This document shows positions 1-9,150 of a stretch of 64,000 nucleotides of DNA, piece by piece (positions within the stretch are counted from its first letter, which is position 1; the number at the start of each line of letters is the position of its first letter). Source of the DNA: Actinomycetota bacterium. Its GTDB lineage: Bacteria > Actinomycetota > UBA4738 > JBBDHU01. The notes beneath the pieces are model-generated. The model was not told the origin of the DNA. It saw only the letters and a list, made by a program, of their open reading frames with translations, and did no database searches. Location of the stretch: contig JBBDHU010000007.1 in assembly GCA_040880705.1 (NCBI GenBank), forward strand, positions 137,246 to 201,245, written 5' to 3'. The position numbers and the translations under genes were made by a program.

Positions 1-774
1 CTTCGATAGGAGTTCACCTCCGTCGAAACCGACCTCTCCCCTCTGAGGGCGTCCCAGCGTGAACCAAGCGACCTCGCACGGCGCCTTCTCCGACACTCGG
101 AACGCAGTTGGATCGTCCCGGTTGCCGACGTGAGTGTCGCCGTCATTCTGCAGTTCGAAAATACGAGCCTTAGCGCGCACGTATTCCTCGAGGGAACCGT
201 GCCAGTCGAGATGGTCGGGCGCGATGTTAAGGAGGACCGACACGCGGGGGTGAAACGACTCGTGGAACTTCAGCTGGAAAGAGGAAGCCTCCACTGCAAG
301 AGCGTCATGCTTTTCACGCGCCGCCGTTGAAAACGGGTACCCGATGTTTCCACACGCGACGGCGTCCAATCCGGACTCGCGCATCACGGCGGCCACCATC
401 TCCGTTGTCGTAGTTTTCCCGTTGGTTCCGGTAATCGCGACGTAGGGAACGGGGCAGAGACGGGCACCCAGCTCGAGCTCGCTCCACACGGGCAAGTCGC
501 GATCGGCGGCCCAGGCCAGGACCGGCGCGTGCGGCGGGACACCGGGACTCGTCACTACAACCGTGGCATCGTCGAGGTGTTCCGGCACATGTCCGCCGGC
601 CAAGACTTCGGCGCCGATGGAAGCGAGACCTTCCGCGTCGCGCGCTACCCGCTCCTCCGGGCGCTGTTCGGTCACGCGAACGGAGGCGCCTTCGTCGGCG
701 AGTGCCCGAGCCGCGGCGACACCACTGGCGCCCAAACCGATCACCACCGCGCGCTCTCCGGAGAAAAGGGTCAC
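1..774 (-). CDS. murD: UDP-N-acetylmuramoyl-L-alanine--D-glutamate ligase (partial, runs off window start)
   Basis: Not in the ORF track because the stop lies outside the window. GTG at 774 overlaps the mraY stop (GTGA). Manual translation gives VVIGLGASG, SPGVP, AITGTNGKTTT and VEASSFQL. Canonical dcw position. Confidence 0.93.
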   Translation of the reverse strand, partial: MTLFSGERAVVIGLGASGVAAARALADEGASVRVTEQRPEERVARDAEGLASIGAEVLAGGHVPEHLDDATVVVTSPGVPPHAPVLAWAADRDLPVWSELELGARLCPVPYVAITGTNGKTTTTEMVAAVMRESGLDAVACGNIGYPFSTAAREKHDALAVEASSFQLKFHESFHPRVSVLLNIAPDHLDWHGSLEEYVRAKARIFELQNDGDTHVGNRDDPTAFRVSEKAPCEVAWFTLGRPQRGEVGFDGGELLSK

Positions 775-1817
775 CCGACGCCTCCTCGCGCGAGGAAGTC
801 GGCGTAGAAGAGACCGAGCCCGACGACCACGAATATGCCGGTCAGGATCCAAAACCTAACGATGACCGTGAACTCCGGCCAGCCGAGAAGCTCGAAGTGA
901 TGATGTATGGGCGCCATCCGGAAGACCCTCCGATGGAACATCCGGAACGAGGCCACCTGCACGATAACGGAGGTCGTTTCGAGCACGAACAGCCCTCCGA
1001 TGATGATCAGCAAGAGCTGCGTGCTAGTCGTGACGGCAAGCGCTGCGATCAGGCCGCCGAGAGCGAGCGACCCCGTGTCCCCCATGAAGATCCGGGCCGG
1101 CGCGGCGTTCCACCAAAGAAATCCCGCCGTTGCGCCGAGTGCCGCCGATGCCACGATCGCCGTGTCGAGCGACGGCGTCACCCCCTGGGGGTAGCAGGCC
1201 GGGATGTCGACGAGATGGCAGGAGTGGCGGAATTCCCAGAACGCGATGACGACGTAGGACCCTAGGACCAGGATCGAGGAACCCGAAGCGAGCCCGTCGA
1301 GGCCGTCCGTTAGGTTCACCGCGTTCGACGACGCGGAAAGCATGATGAATACCCAGAGGTAGAACAGAAGTCCGAGATTCAATCCGGTATCGCGGATGAA
1401 CGAGAGTTCGGTAGTCACGCTCGTGTACCGGTGAATGATGATTCCGAATATCGCTGCGACGATTGCCTGCCCGACGACTTTCGCGATCTTGTTGAGGCCG
1501 AGCGATCTTCCCCGCCTCACCTTGATGAAGTCGTCGACGAAGCCGAGTAGTCCCAGTCCGAGAGCAACGATCAAGACCGCAACCCCCGCGGCCGTGAACC
1601 TCGACAATCCGCGGACCGACAGATAGCCGAGCACCAATCCAACCAGTATTACCGCGCCGCCCATGGTCGGAGTCCCCATCTTCTCGAGATGCGTATGGGG
1701 TCCGTCCTCGCGGATCAGCTGGCCCCATCCCCATGCCCGAAACAGGCGAATGGCGACGGGCGTGCCGAGAAGCGTCACCAACAAACCGACGGCGGCTGCG
1801 ATCACGATCCCGGTCAA
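771..1817 (-). CDS. mraY: Phospho-N-acetylmuramoyl-pentapeptide transferase
   Basis: Motifs KMGTPTMGG, NAVNLTDGLDGL, FMGDTGSL and MAPIHHHFE. Start trimmed to the TTG at 1817 that overlaps the murF stop. Confidence 0.96.
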   Translation of the reverse strand: MTGIVIAAAVGLLVTLLGTPVAIRLFRAWGWGQLIREDGPHTHLEKMGTPTMGGAVILVGLVLGYLSVRGLSRFTAAGVAVLIVALGLGLLGFVDDFIKVRRGRSLGLNKIAKVVGQAIVAAIFGIIIHRYTSVTTELSFIRDTGLNLGLLFYLWVFIMLSASSNAVNLTDGLDGLASGSSILVLGSYVVIAFWEFRHSCHLVDIPACYPQGVTPSLDTAIVASAALGATAGFLWWNAAPARIFMGDTGSLALGGLIAALAVTTSTQLLLIIIGGLFVLETTSVIVQVASFRMFHRRVFRMAPIHHHFELLGWPEFTVIVRFWILTGIFVVVGLGLFYADFLARGGVG

Positions 1818-3172
1818 CGCATGGCCTCCGCGCCGCGCTCTAGGGCCGCTACCCGTGACGCCTTGAACAGAACGACGTCTCCTGGATGCCCCCAGCTGCG
1901 CGCATCCTCCACCGCTTCCTCCGCGTTCTCGTATCTCGCGATGTTCTCCGGTTCCATCCCCTCGCCTGCTGCACCGTTCGCGATGGGCGACGCGTCGTCT
2001 CCGACCGTGATCAGGCGCTCCACTCCGAGTCGCGCCACCAGCCGGCCCACGCGCTCGTGTTCCTCCAATGAGATGGGCCCGAGCTCCGCCATCTGTCCGA
2101 GCACGGCCGCCATCCGCGCGTTTCGTGCCATCCATCGGGCGGTTTTCAATGCCGCAGCCATCGACTGCGGATTCGCGTTGTAGGCGTCGTTGACGACGAC
2201 CACACCCTCGTCGTTGGTAAACACCTCCATGCGCCAGGCCGATACTCGCGCATCCTTCAGCGCGGCGCCGGCCTCTGCAACCGAGACCCCGAGGGCAATT
2301 CCGGCAGCCGCAGCGGCAAGCGCGTTTTGAATCATGTGCTCGCCGGGAACACCGAGTTGCACGTCCTCGATTTCGTCCTCGTGCCGAAGACGAAACCGGC
2401 CGGCACCATCGTCCCCAAGCGAAAAATCCTCCGCCCGAACCTGCGCGTCGTCGGATGATCCGAACGTGATCACCCGCGCGGAAGTCGCGCTCCCGAAACC
2501 GCGCACCGCCGGGTCGTCGGCGGAGAGTACGGCGGTTCCTTGGGGCTTGAGCGCCTCCACCAGCTCTCTCTTGGCCTGCACGAGATTCTCTTGTGAGCCG
2601 AAGAGTTCCATATGGGCCGTTCCAACATTCGTGACGATTCCGACGTCCGGCTCCGCGACATCACACAGCTGCGCAATGTGACCGATGCCGCGGCTGCCCA
2701 TCTCGCAGACGATGACGTCGGTCTCCTCGTTTGCCGCGAGGATCGTGAGCGGAACGCCGATCTCCGTGTTGTACGACGCGGGACTGGCTGTGACCGAAAA
2801 CCGGGAGGCCAGCACGGCCGCCAGCAGATCCTTAGTGCTGGTCTTGCCGCTGGATCCGGTGATCCCGACCACGGTCGCCCGTGAAGCTAACCGCTCGGCC
2901 CCTGCCAGATCACCGAGCGCCGCCTCGGTGTCCGCGACGTGGATCGCAGGAACAGAAGAGCCACCCGTGCTTTGCACGACCGACACGGCGCCGCGCGAGG
3001 CGGCATCGGCGACGTGGTCGTGTCCGTCCGTACGTTTCCCCTTGAGTGCGAAGAACAGGGATCCCTCTACGGCGAGCCTGCTGTCCGCTACGACCGATGA
3101 GACCACGGCGTCATCTCCCGCCAAACGGCCGCCGGTCACCTCCGCGATCTCAGAAAGCTTGCGCGCTCTCAA
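1814..3172 (-). CDS. murF: UDP-N-acetylmuramoyl-tripeptide--D-Ala-D-Ala ligase
   Basis: Motifs GITGSSGKT, NDAYNANP, LGQMAELG and LFKASR; dcw order. Confidence 0.95.
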   Translation of the reverse strand: MRARKLSEIAEVTGGRLAGDDAVVSSVVADSRLAVEGSLFFALKGKRTDGHDHVADAASRGAVSVVQSTGGSSVPAIHVADTEAALGDLAGAERLASRATVVGITGSSGKTSTKDLLAAVLASRFSVTASPASYNTEIGVPLTILAANEETDVIVCEMGSRGIGHIAQLCDVAEPDVGIVTNVGTAHMELFGSQENLVQAKRELVEALKPQGTAVLSADDPAVRGFGSATSARVITFGSSDDAQVRAEDFSLGDDGAGRFRLRHEDEIEDVQLGVPGEHMIQNALAAAAAGIALGVSVAEAGAALKDARVSAWRMEVFTNDEGVVVVNDAYNANPQSMAAALKTARWMARNARMAAVLGQMAELGPISLEEHERVGRLVARLGVERLITVGDDASPIANGAAGEGMEPENIARYENAEEAVEDARSWGHPGDVVLFKASRVAALERGAEAMR

Positions 3173-4734
3173 CCGGCACCCCCCAGCGCACGCAGTTCCT
3201 CCGCAGCCACTATTCGATCGTCGAAAGGAACCGTCTCGTCCGCGAACTGCTGCCCGGTCTCATGGCCCTTGCCGGCTATCACGACGATGTCGCGATCTCC
3301 CGCCTCACGGAGTGCCATCCGGATGGCTTCACGCCGGTCGTGTTCGATGCGATATTCCCTTCCACCGCGTTTCGCGCCGGGCTCGATCTCGGCGATTACC
3401 GTTCGTGGATCCTCCGACCGCGGATTGTCGCTCGTCAGGACCGTTAGATCCGCAAGCCGGGTCGCTACCTCGCCCATCAGCGGCCGTTTCCCGCGGTCGC
3501 GGTCGCCACCGCATCCGAAAACGGCGATCACCCGGCCATCAGTGAGCGGGCGCATCGCGGACAGGACGTTCTCGAGACTGTCGGGCGTGTGGGCGTAGTC
3601 GACGAGGACCGTGAAGCCCTGGCCTTCCTCCACAGGCTCAAGCCTGCCGGGCACTCCTTGCAAGGCGGCCAGCCCCTCGGCGATCGCACCGTCGTCGATG
3701 CCCACGCTTCGCGCGGCCGCCACGGAGGCGAGACAGTTCATCACGTTGAACATCCCGCGCAGTCGCGACGAGAAACGACTGCCCCCCGCATCGAATTCGA
3801 TGCCGTCCCAAGCGGTCTGCACATTCGTCGCTTGAAGATCCGCCTCCGCCGAGGTTCCAAAGGTGATGGTAGGAAGATCGGGCCGCAGTAGCCGCGAGCC
3901 GGCTTCATCGTCCACGTTGATCGCCGCGCGTTCGGAGATGGCCGGATCGAAGAGGCGCGCCTTTGCGAAGAAATACTCGTCGATCGTTCCGTGGTAGTCC
4001 AGATGATCCTGGGACAGGTTCGTGAAGACCGCGCAAGCGAACCGGATCCCGGAGACCCGATGCTGGTCCAGTCCGTGCGACGACACCTCCATCGAAACGG
4101 CCTGGACTGCCCCGTCGGCCATGCTCCGGAGGAGCCGGTGAAGGTCGGGGGCTTCGGGTGTCGTGTGTGGAAGCGGCGACGGCCGTCCATCTATGCGCAC
4201 TCCCGTCGTTCCGATAACGCCCGGGATCATTCCCGCCGCGCGGAAGATGGACTCCGTCAGATATGTGGTCGTCGTCTTGCCGTTCGTCCCAGTTACGCCG
4301 ACCACGGTCATCCGCTCAGCCGGGCGTTCGAAGAACTCCGCCGCGATCGGTCCCATCGCCGCACGTACCGAAGGAACGAGTACCTGGGTGGCGTCGTTAG
4401 AAAGCCACCGTTCCACCACGAGAGCCTTCGCCCCCCGGCGAATCGCATCATCCGCGAAGTCGTGGCCGTCCGCGGTGGATCCCGGTACACAGAAGAAAAG
4501 CCCATGGGGTTCCGTGTCTTCGGACCGGTAGGCCAGGCCGGCGATCCGGACCCCGGGCGCGCCGCGAAGATCGCGTTCGGGAAGCGTGGAGATGATGTCG
4601 GCCAGGCGCGGCCTCTCAGAAGGAGGGGCAGGCGAACCGGGCGGGTCTTCTGGTGGAGTTGCCAAGTGAAGTCCCCCGGGAGCCACACGGTGATTCGGGC
4701 TCGCGGATGCGACCCTTCGGCCGCCCGCTTTCAT
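3169..4734 (-). CDS. murE: UDP-N-acetylmuramoyl-dipeptide--diaminopimelate ligase
   Basis: Motifs GVTGTNGKTTT, MEVSSH, DHLDYH, VDYAHTP, DNPR (DAP-specific) and AGKGHE. True start may be TTG 4665. Confidence 0.95.
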   Translation of the reverse strand: MKAGGRRVASASPNHRVAPGGLHLATPPEDPPGSPAPPSERPRLADIISTLPERDLRGAPGVRIAGLAYRSEDTEPHGLFFCVPGSTADGHDFADDAIRRGAKALVVERWLSNDATQVLVPSVRAAMGPIAAEFFERPAERMTVVGVTGTNGKTTTTYLTESIFRAAGMIPGVIGTTGVRIDGRPSPLPHTTPEAPDLHRLLRSMADGAVQAVSMEVSSHGLDQHRVSGIRFACAVFTNLSQDHLDYHGTIDEYFFAKARLFDPAISERAAINVDDEAGSRLLRPDLPTITFGTSAEADLQATNVQTAWDGIEFDAGGSRFSSRLRGMFNVMNCLASVAAARSVGIDDGAIAEGLAALQGVPGRLEPVEEGQGFTVLVDYAHTPDSLENVLSAMRPLTDGRVIAVFGCGGDRDRGKRPLMGEVATRLADLTVLTSDNPRSEDPRTVIAEIEPGAKRGGREYRIEHDRREAIRMALREAGDRDIVVIAGKGHETGQQFADETVPFDDRIVAAEELRALGGAG

Positions 4735-6446
4735 CGGCCCCCTGCGGCACTGGGCAAGGGCCTTGGGCGTTCGCCCGGCGGGATCCGAAGGCGCGCAATG
4801 GCCTCCTTTCCAATCTGCTGAAACAGGGGTGCCGCGGTGACTCCCCCGTACTTCAGAGCCGGTTCGTCAAGGATAGCGGCGATCACGATCTGCGGATCCG
4901 ACGACGGCAGGAAGCCGATGAAGGACCCTACGAATCTTCGCGTGTAGCCGGGACCCTCGGTTTTGGGTTTCTGCGCCGTTCCCGTCTTCCCTGCCACCCA
5001 GTACCCCGGGATTTGCGCCTCGGTTCCGGTTCCGGTGCGGACGACGTTCGCGAGCATCCTTGTCACGAGGTCTGCGGTCTTCTCCGAAACGACCCTCCGC
5101 GTCGCCTGAGCCGGCACCGGATGGTACTTCCCCGCCTGGTCGGTCGTTCCCCGGACGAGGCGCGGCTGCACCCACTCGCCGCCGTTCGCAATCACCGCGT
5201 AAACCTGGGCCATCTGAAGCGGTGTTACGGCCAGACCCTGGCCGATCGGAATCGTCGCCATCGTCGTGTCCCAGTACCGGTAGCGCGACGGAATGATCCC
5301 TTCCAGCTCTCCCGGAAACCCCACTCCGGTTTCCTGCCCGAACCCGAACCTGGCGAGGTAGGAAGCCATCAGGTCGGGACCTACCTTCGCCGCCACGCGG
5401 ATGACGCCGACGTTGCTCGACTGCGTCACGATGTCGTTGATGGTCATCGACATCGGCGCATGTGGATGGGCGTCGTGGAAAACGGCGTCGCCGATGCGCC
5501 ATTTGTCGGGAACGTCGAAGCGTTCGTTAAGGCGCACTTGGTTTTCCTCGAGAGCGGCCGACACCGTGATCACCTTGTTCACCGAGCCGGGCTCGTACAC
5601 GGTCGTGACTGCGGGGTTCTCCAGGTTCTCTTCGCTAGCGCTGCCGAAGCGATTGGGGTCGAACCATGGATACGAAGCCATCGCAAGGATGTCGCCGTTG
5701 TCGGGATCGAGGACAACCACGGTGCCGCCCTTCGCCCCGTTCCGCCGAACGGCGTCCTCCAGCGACAGTTGGGCTTGAAATTGCAGATGTGGATCGATCG
5801 TGGTTACCAGGTCCTCACCCGCCACCGGTGGGCGAACGAGGTCCACGCCTTGGGGAATTCCGCGCCCCGACGGATCGATCTCCTCCTGACGCTCCCCGTC
5901 CTCGCCGTCAAGCAGATCCTGGTACTCGAGTTCTAGCCCGGACAAGCCCGCGCCGTCGATCCCCACGAACCCCAGGACCTGTGGAGCCCCGAAGCTTCCG
6001 GCCGGATAGTGCCGCTTGCTCTCCTGAAGGAATCCGATACCGGGCAGGTTCAGTCGAGCCACCCGGTCGGCAATGCCCCGGTCGACCTGGCGCGCGAGAT
6101 ACACGAATGAGCCGTCTCCCTTGAGCAGATGCTCGAGCTGAATAGGCCGGGTCTTCAACAGGGGTGCGAGTTTCTCGGCCGCGACGGATGGTTCGCTCAC
6201 GTAGCGCGGGTCCGCGTAGATGGCTCTCGCATCCAGCGAGAGCGCGAGGTCTCGCCCGAACCTGTCTTGGATCGCCCCTCGCGTGGCCGGAAGGGGCAAT
6301 ACCCGAACTCGCTGTTGGGTCGCCAGGTCCTGATAGGTTCCCGCGTCCCGAACCTGCAGGAATCCCAACCGCACGACGATCCCGGCGAACCCGATCACCA
6401 GCGCGACGAACAGGGCAGCCAGACGCCCTGCCGGCGGACGATTCAC
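4731..6446 (-). CDS. ftsI: Class B penicillin-binding protein (FtsI/PBP3)
   Basis: N-terminal TM helix, RGAIQDR, EPGSVNK (SxxK), SSN and KTGT motifs. Confidence 0.93.
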   Translation of the reverse strand: MNRPPAGRLAALFVALVIGFAGIVVRLGFLQVRDAGTYQDLATQQRVRVLPLPATRGAIQDRFGRDLALSLDARAIYADPRYVSEPSVAAEKLAPLLKTRPIQLEHLLKGDGSFVYLARQVDRGIADRVARLNLPGIGFLQESKRHYPAGSFGAPQVLGFVGIDGAGLSGLELEYQDLLDGEDGERQEEIDPSGRGIPQGVDLVRPPVAGEDLVTTIDPHLQFQAQLSLEDAVRRNGAKGGTVVVLDPDNGDILAMASYPWFDPNRFGSASEENLENPAVTTVYEPGSVNKVITVSAALEENQVRLNERFDVPDKWRIGDAVFHDAHPHAPMSMTINDIVTQSSNVGVIRVAAKVGPDLMASYLARFGFGQETGVGFPGELEGIIPSRYRYWDTTMATIPIGQGLAVTPLQMAQVYAVIANGGEWVQPRLVRGTTDQAGKYHPVPAQATRRVVSEKTADLVTRMLANVVRTGTGTEAQIPGYWVAGKTGTAQKPKTEGPGYTRRFVGSFIGFLPSSDPQIVIAAILDEPALKYGGVTAAPLFQQIGKEAIARLRIPPGERPRPLPSAAGGR

Positions 6447-6838
6447 GGAGCATCCCCCGGTTGTCCGCCGGTCCCCCGCACGTAGACGACCTCGACGGCG
6501 GACGATTCGGGAAGGATCAGGCCCAATCGGCGGGCTTCGGACGCTATTCGTTCTGCGGACGAAAGGTCGGCAACCGCGAGCCTCAGCTCACCGTTTTGGC
6601 GTGCGAGCAGCTCCTGTTGTTGCGCAAGCTCCTCCATGCGAAACGACCCTTGCGCGAGCACTGCGTTCGTCGCCGCCAACCCGAACACGATCCCTGCAAT
6701 CGCGAGGATCACGAATACGATGAACAGCGCCGGCCTTCTCGACTTGCCCGCCCGCTTCTTCCTTGGGGGAGGAGGGACGACTCGCAAGTGGGCCTTGCGG
6801 GCCGCCCGGCTCCTCAACTGCCGCGCGGGAAGACTCAT
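6443..6838 (-). CDS. ftsL: FtsL-like cell division protein
   Basis: Basic N-terminus, one TM helix and a coiled coil ending ERIASEARRLGL; lies between rsmH and ftsI. Confidence 0.75.
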   Translation of the reverse strand: MSLPARQLRSRAARKAHLRVVPPPPRKKRAGKSRRPALFIVFVILAIAGIVFGLAATNAVLAQGSFRMEELAQQQELLARQNGELRLAVADLSSAERIASEARRLGLILPESSAVEVVYVRGTGGQPGDAP

Positions 6839-7713
6839 TCGCCCGTCTCCATCCGCTCCGCCACACGCAGCTTCGCGCTGCGAGCGCGACGGTTCCTGGT
6901 CGCTTCCTCGTTCGATGGCCTCAACGGCTTCTTCGTCAGCACGTCGAGCGAGGGCTCTGTTTTCAAGTACCTCTTCACGATCCCGTCCTCGAGCGAGTGA
7001 TACGAGATGACGAGTACGCGGCCACCGGGAGTGAGAAGCCCGCTCGCCTGAGGAAGTGAGGCGGCGAGCTCCTCGAGCTCCCGGTTGACCGCGAGACGGA
7101 GCGCCTGGAACGTGCGGCGCGCGGGGTGGGGGCCGCCCCGACGCCTCCCGACCGCACCCGCGACCACCGACGCCAGCTCGGCCGTCGTTTCAATGGGCGC
7201 ACGATTACGTGCGCGCACGATCGCGCGTGCGACATTCCTTGAACGGCGCTCCTGACCGAAGTCCCAAAACACTTGCGCGAGTTCTTCTTCCGACGCTTCA
7301 TTGATCAGCTCTCTGGCGCTGCGGCCCTCGCGGCCCATTCGCATGTCGAGCGGGCCTTCCATCCGAAAAGAGAACCCCCTGTCCGGGTCGTCTAGTTGCA
7401 TCGACGAAACGCCGAGGTCGTAGAGAACCCCGTCCACAGGATCCACGGCGGGAATTTCCGAGAACCGAGCAACGAAGAGGGCAGAGCTGGATCCAAAACG
7501 TGCGAGGCGACGCGACGCGATTTCCACCGCGGCCGGGTCCCGGTCGATGCCGATCAATTCTCCGACGCCCGACCGAAGTAATGCTTCGGCGTGGCCGCCG
7601 GCACCGACCGTCATGTCCAAAACACGATGCCTTCCGCCGAGGAAGCGGAGCACTTCGGAGACCATGACGGGTTCGTGCGACCGCTGCGGCCCTTCCCCTG
7701 GATCTTTCGGCAC
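6835..7713 (-). CDS. rsmH: 16S rRNA m4C1402 methyltransferase
   Basis: Motifs HEPVM, DMTVGAGGH, DLGVSSMQLD, SYHSLED and RARSAKLR. Confidence 0.96.
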   Translation of the reverse strand: MPKDPGEGPQRSHEPVMVSEVLRFLGGRHRVLDMTVGAGGHAEALLRSGVGELIGIDRDPAAVEIASRRLARFGSSSALFVARFSEIPAVDPVDGVLYDLGVSSMQLDDPDRGFSFRMEGPLDMRMGREGRSARELINEASEEELAQVFWDFGQERRSRNVARAIVRARNRAPIETTAELASVVAGAVGRRRGGPHPARRTFQALRLAVNRELEELAASLPQASGLLTPGGRVLVISYHSLEDGIVKRYLKTEPSLDVLTKKPLRPSNEEATRNRRARSAKLRVAERMETGE

Positions 7714-7836
7714 TCATGGTCCCCCCAGCAGATGCACGACCAGCAGGCCGGCGCCGGTCCAAAGACCCAACGTCACCGCCGACAGTGCGATCAACGAGAA
7801 GCTCTCTCCCACTTCCTTCAAGAGGCCGGCCTTCAT
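7714..7836 (-). CDS. 40-aa small membrane protein between mraZ and rsmH
   Basis: ATG overlaps the mraZ stop (ATGA) with GGGGAGG upstream; its stop abuts the rsmH GTG. Peptide MKAGLLKEVGESFSLIALSAVTLGLWTGAGLLVVHLLGGP has one hydrophobic helix. Confidence 0.65.
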   Translation of the reverse strand: MKAGLLKEVGESFSLIALSAVTLGLWTGAGLLVVHLLGGP

Positions 7837-8261
7837 TTGCCCTCCCCAAGTGTTCCGGCCTGGTACGCCACGCCGTGTACGCCGAAGTAGCGCTCCCAGG
7901 TCTCGCCTTCCCAAATGTCCATCCGATTCATCACGCCGACGACAACGGCCTCGCGGCCTATCCCGGCAAGGGTCCGTAGCTTTTGCGGAAGAAGGAGGCG
8001 TCCCTGAGCGTCCAACTCGACGGCCTCGGCGCTGCCGAAGAAGATCCGGGCATACGCTCTGGACTCGGGAGCAGAGATCGGCTCCGAGCGGACGCGTTCG
8101 CTTTCGGTCTCCCACTCTTCGGACGGGAAGGCGAAGATGCAGCCGTCTTGTCCCAGGGTCAGGTAAGCCCCATCGGCAAAGGGCTCTCGAAAACCCTTCG
8201 GAAGGGACATCCTGCCCTTCGGATCAAGCTGGTAGCGATGCGTGCCGAGTAGATCGGCCAC
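7833..8261 (-). CDS. mraZ: Transcriptional regulator MraZ
   Basis: Two DxxGR repeats (LDPKGR, LDAQGR); first gene of the dcw cluster; SD GGAGG. Confidence 0.96.
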   Translation of the reverse strand: MADLLGTHRYQLDPKGRMSLPKGFREPFADGAYLTLGQDGCIFAFPSEEWETESERVRSEPISAPESRAYARIFFGSAEAVELDAQGRLLLPQKLRTLAGIGREAVVVGVMNRMDIWEGETWERYFGVHGVAYQAGTLGEGK

Positions 8262-8281
8262 AGCGCTTCCTCCCCCTCTCC

Positions 8282-8327
8282 TCCACTAAGAGGCCACTTT
8301 TATCCCACTTCTACTCCACTAAGTCAA
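8282..8327 (-). promoter_or_regulatory. dcw promoter with four AGTGG direct repeats (putative MraZ operator)
   Basis: Minus strand reads TTGACT-TA-GTGGAG-TAGAA-GTGGGA-TAAAA-GTGGCC-TCTTA-GTGGAG. CCAC occurs at 8283, 8294, 8305 and 8316. Confidence 0.8.
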
Positions 8328-8395
8328 GAGGCCTTATGAAGGGGGGTCATGCGGGTCCAATTGGCGTCAATCAAGCATTGGCGCCGGGTGACGAG

Positions 8396-8878
8396 CTAGG
8401 AGAGGAAGGGCTCCCAGTCGGGCTCCGGCCGGCCGAGGGACAGGCGGAAGCCATCCCTAGGCACGAAGGGCTTGCGGGCAAGGCGGAGGCCCGCCTCGGT
8501 GGGGAGACGGTTCTCCTTGCGCGAGTTGCAGCGACGGCAGGCGGCAACAACGTTGTCCCACGCGTGCTCTCCCCCTCTGGAGCGAGGGATCACGTGATCC
8601 ACGTTCTCCGCAGCGTTGCCACAGTACTGGCAACTCCAGTGATCGCGCGCGAACACCGCCCGCCGCGTCAGGGCCGCTTGCGCACGAAAGGGCACCTTGA
8701 CGAAGTACCGCAGCCTTACGACGGAGGGTGCGACCATCCGAAGACGCTCCGATCTGAAGATCATTCCGTCCGAGCGGACGACTTCGGCCTTCTCTTTGAG
8801 GACGAGCACGACTGCCCGCCTCGCCGGAACGACGGCGAGCGGCTGGTTGGTGCCATTGAGAACGAGGGATCTTCCCAT
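8396..8878 (-). CDS. HNH endonuclease (McrA-like/HNH_5, actinobacterial housekeeping type)
   Basis: LVLN start, RDHWSCQYC, VDHVIPRSRGG and WDNVVAACRRCN. Confidence 0.9.
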   Translation of the reverse strand: MGRSLVLNGTNQPLAVVPARRAVVLVLKEKAEVVRSDGMIFRSERLRMVAPSVVRLRYFVKVPFRAQAALTRRAVFARDHWSCQYCGNAAENVDHVIPRSRGGEHAWDNVVAACRRCNSRKENRLPTEAGLRLARKPFVPRDGFRLSLGRPEPDWEPFLS

Positions 8879-8987
8879 CTGCACAAACCTACCCGTCTTC
8901 GCAGGTCAGGGCGAGTATAGCAACGCCCTTGTAATTTCGTGCCTGGATGCTTGCGACAAGCGAATCACAACGGTGTAATCTTGTCCC

Positions 8988-9084
8988 GAAGGCGGCGTTG
9001 TGGCCGTTCCCCTAGGGCGCCTTTAGAGCGAAAAGGGGCCGCGCGGGGTGTCCGAGATTCGGGGTTTCGGCCGCCGCCGCCTTC
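8988..9084 (+). ncRNA. Candidate structured RNA or 5' leader upstream of moxR (family unknown)
   Basis: 17-bp outer stem GAAGGCGGCG-TT-GTGGCCG / CGGCCGC-CGCCGCCTTC enclosing inner hairpins. Preceded by TTGCGA-N19-TAATCT. Confidence 0.35.
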
Positions 9085-9150
9085 CCATTTCGGCAATCCC
9101 GATTAAGGGTCCTCTGTAACATTTGCCTTGAGCACGGCAGAGGAGCCTTC

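Noticed and set aside
8396-8878. HNH nuclease as an IscB/Cas9-like or mobile/defence element, paired with the adjacent RNA structure
   Set aside because: Only about 160 aa, with no RuvC motifs, transposon ends or repeats. It matches the common stand-alone actinobacterial HNH type, and the stem's promoter candidate points toward moxR. The link is not fully excluded.
7547-8920. 457-aa plus-strand ORF
   Set aside because: Antisense shadow of rsmH, mraZ and the HNH gene; Arg/Pro/Ser-rich with no motifs.
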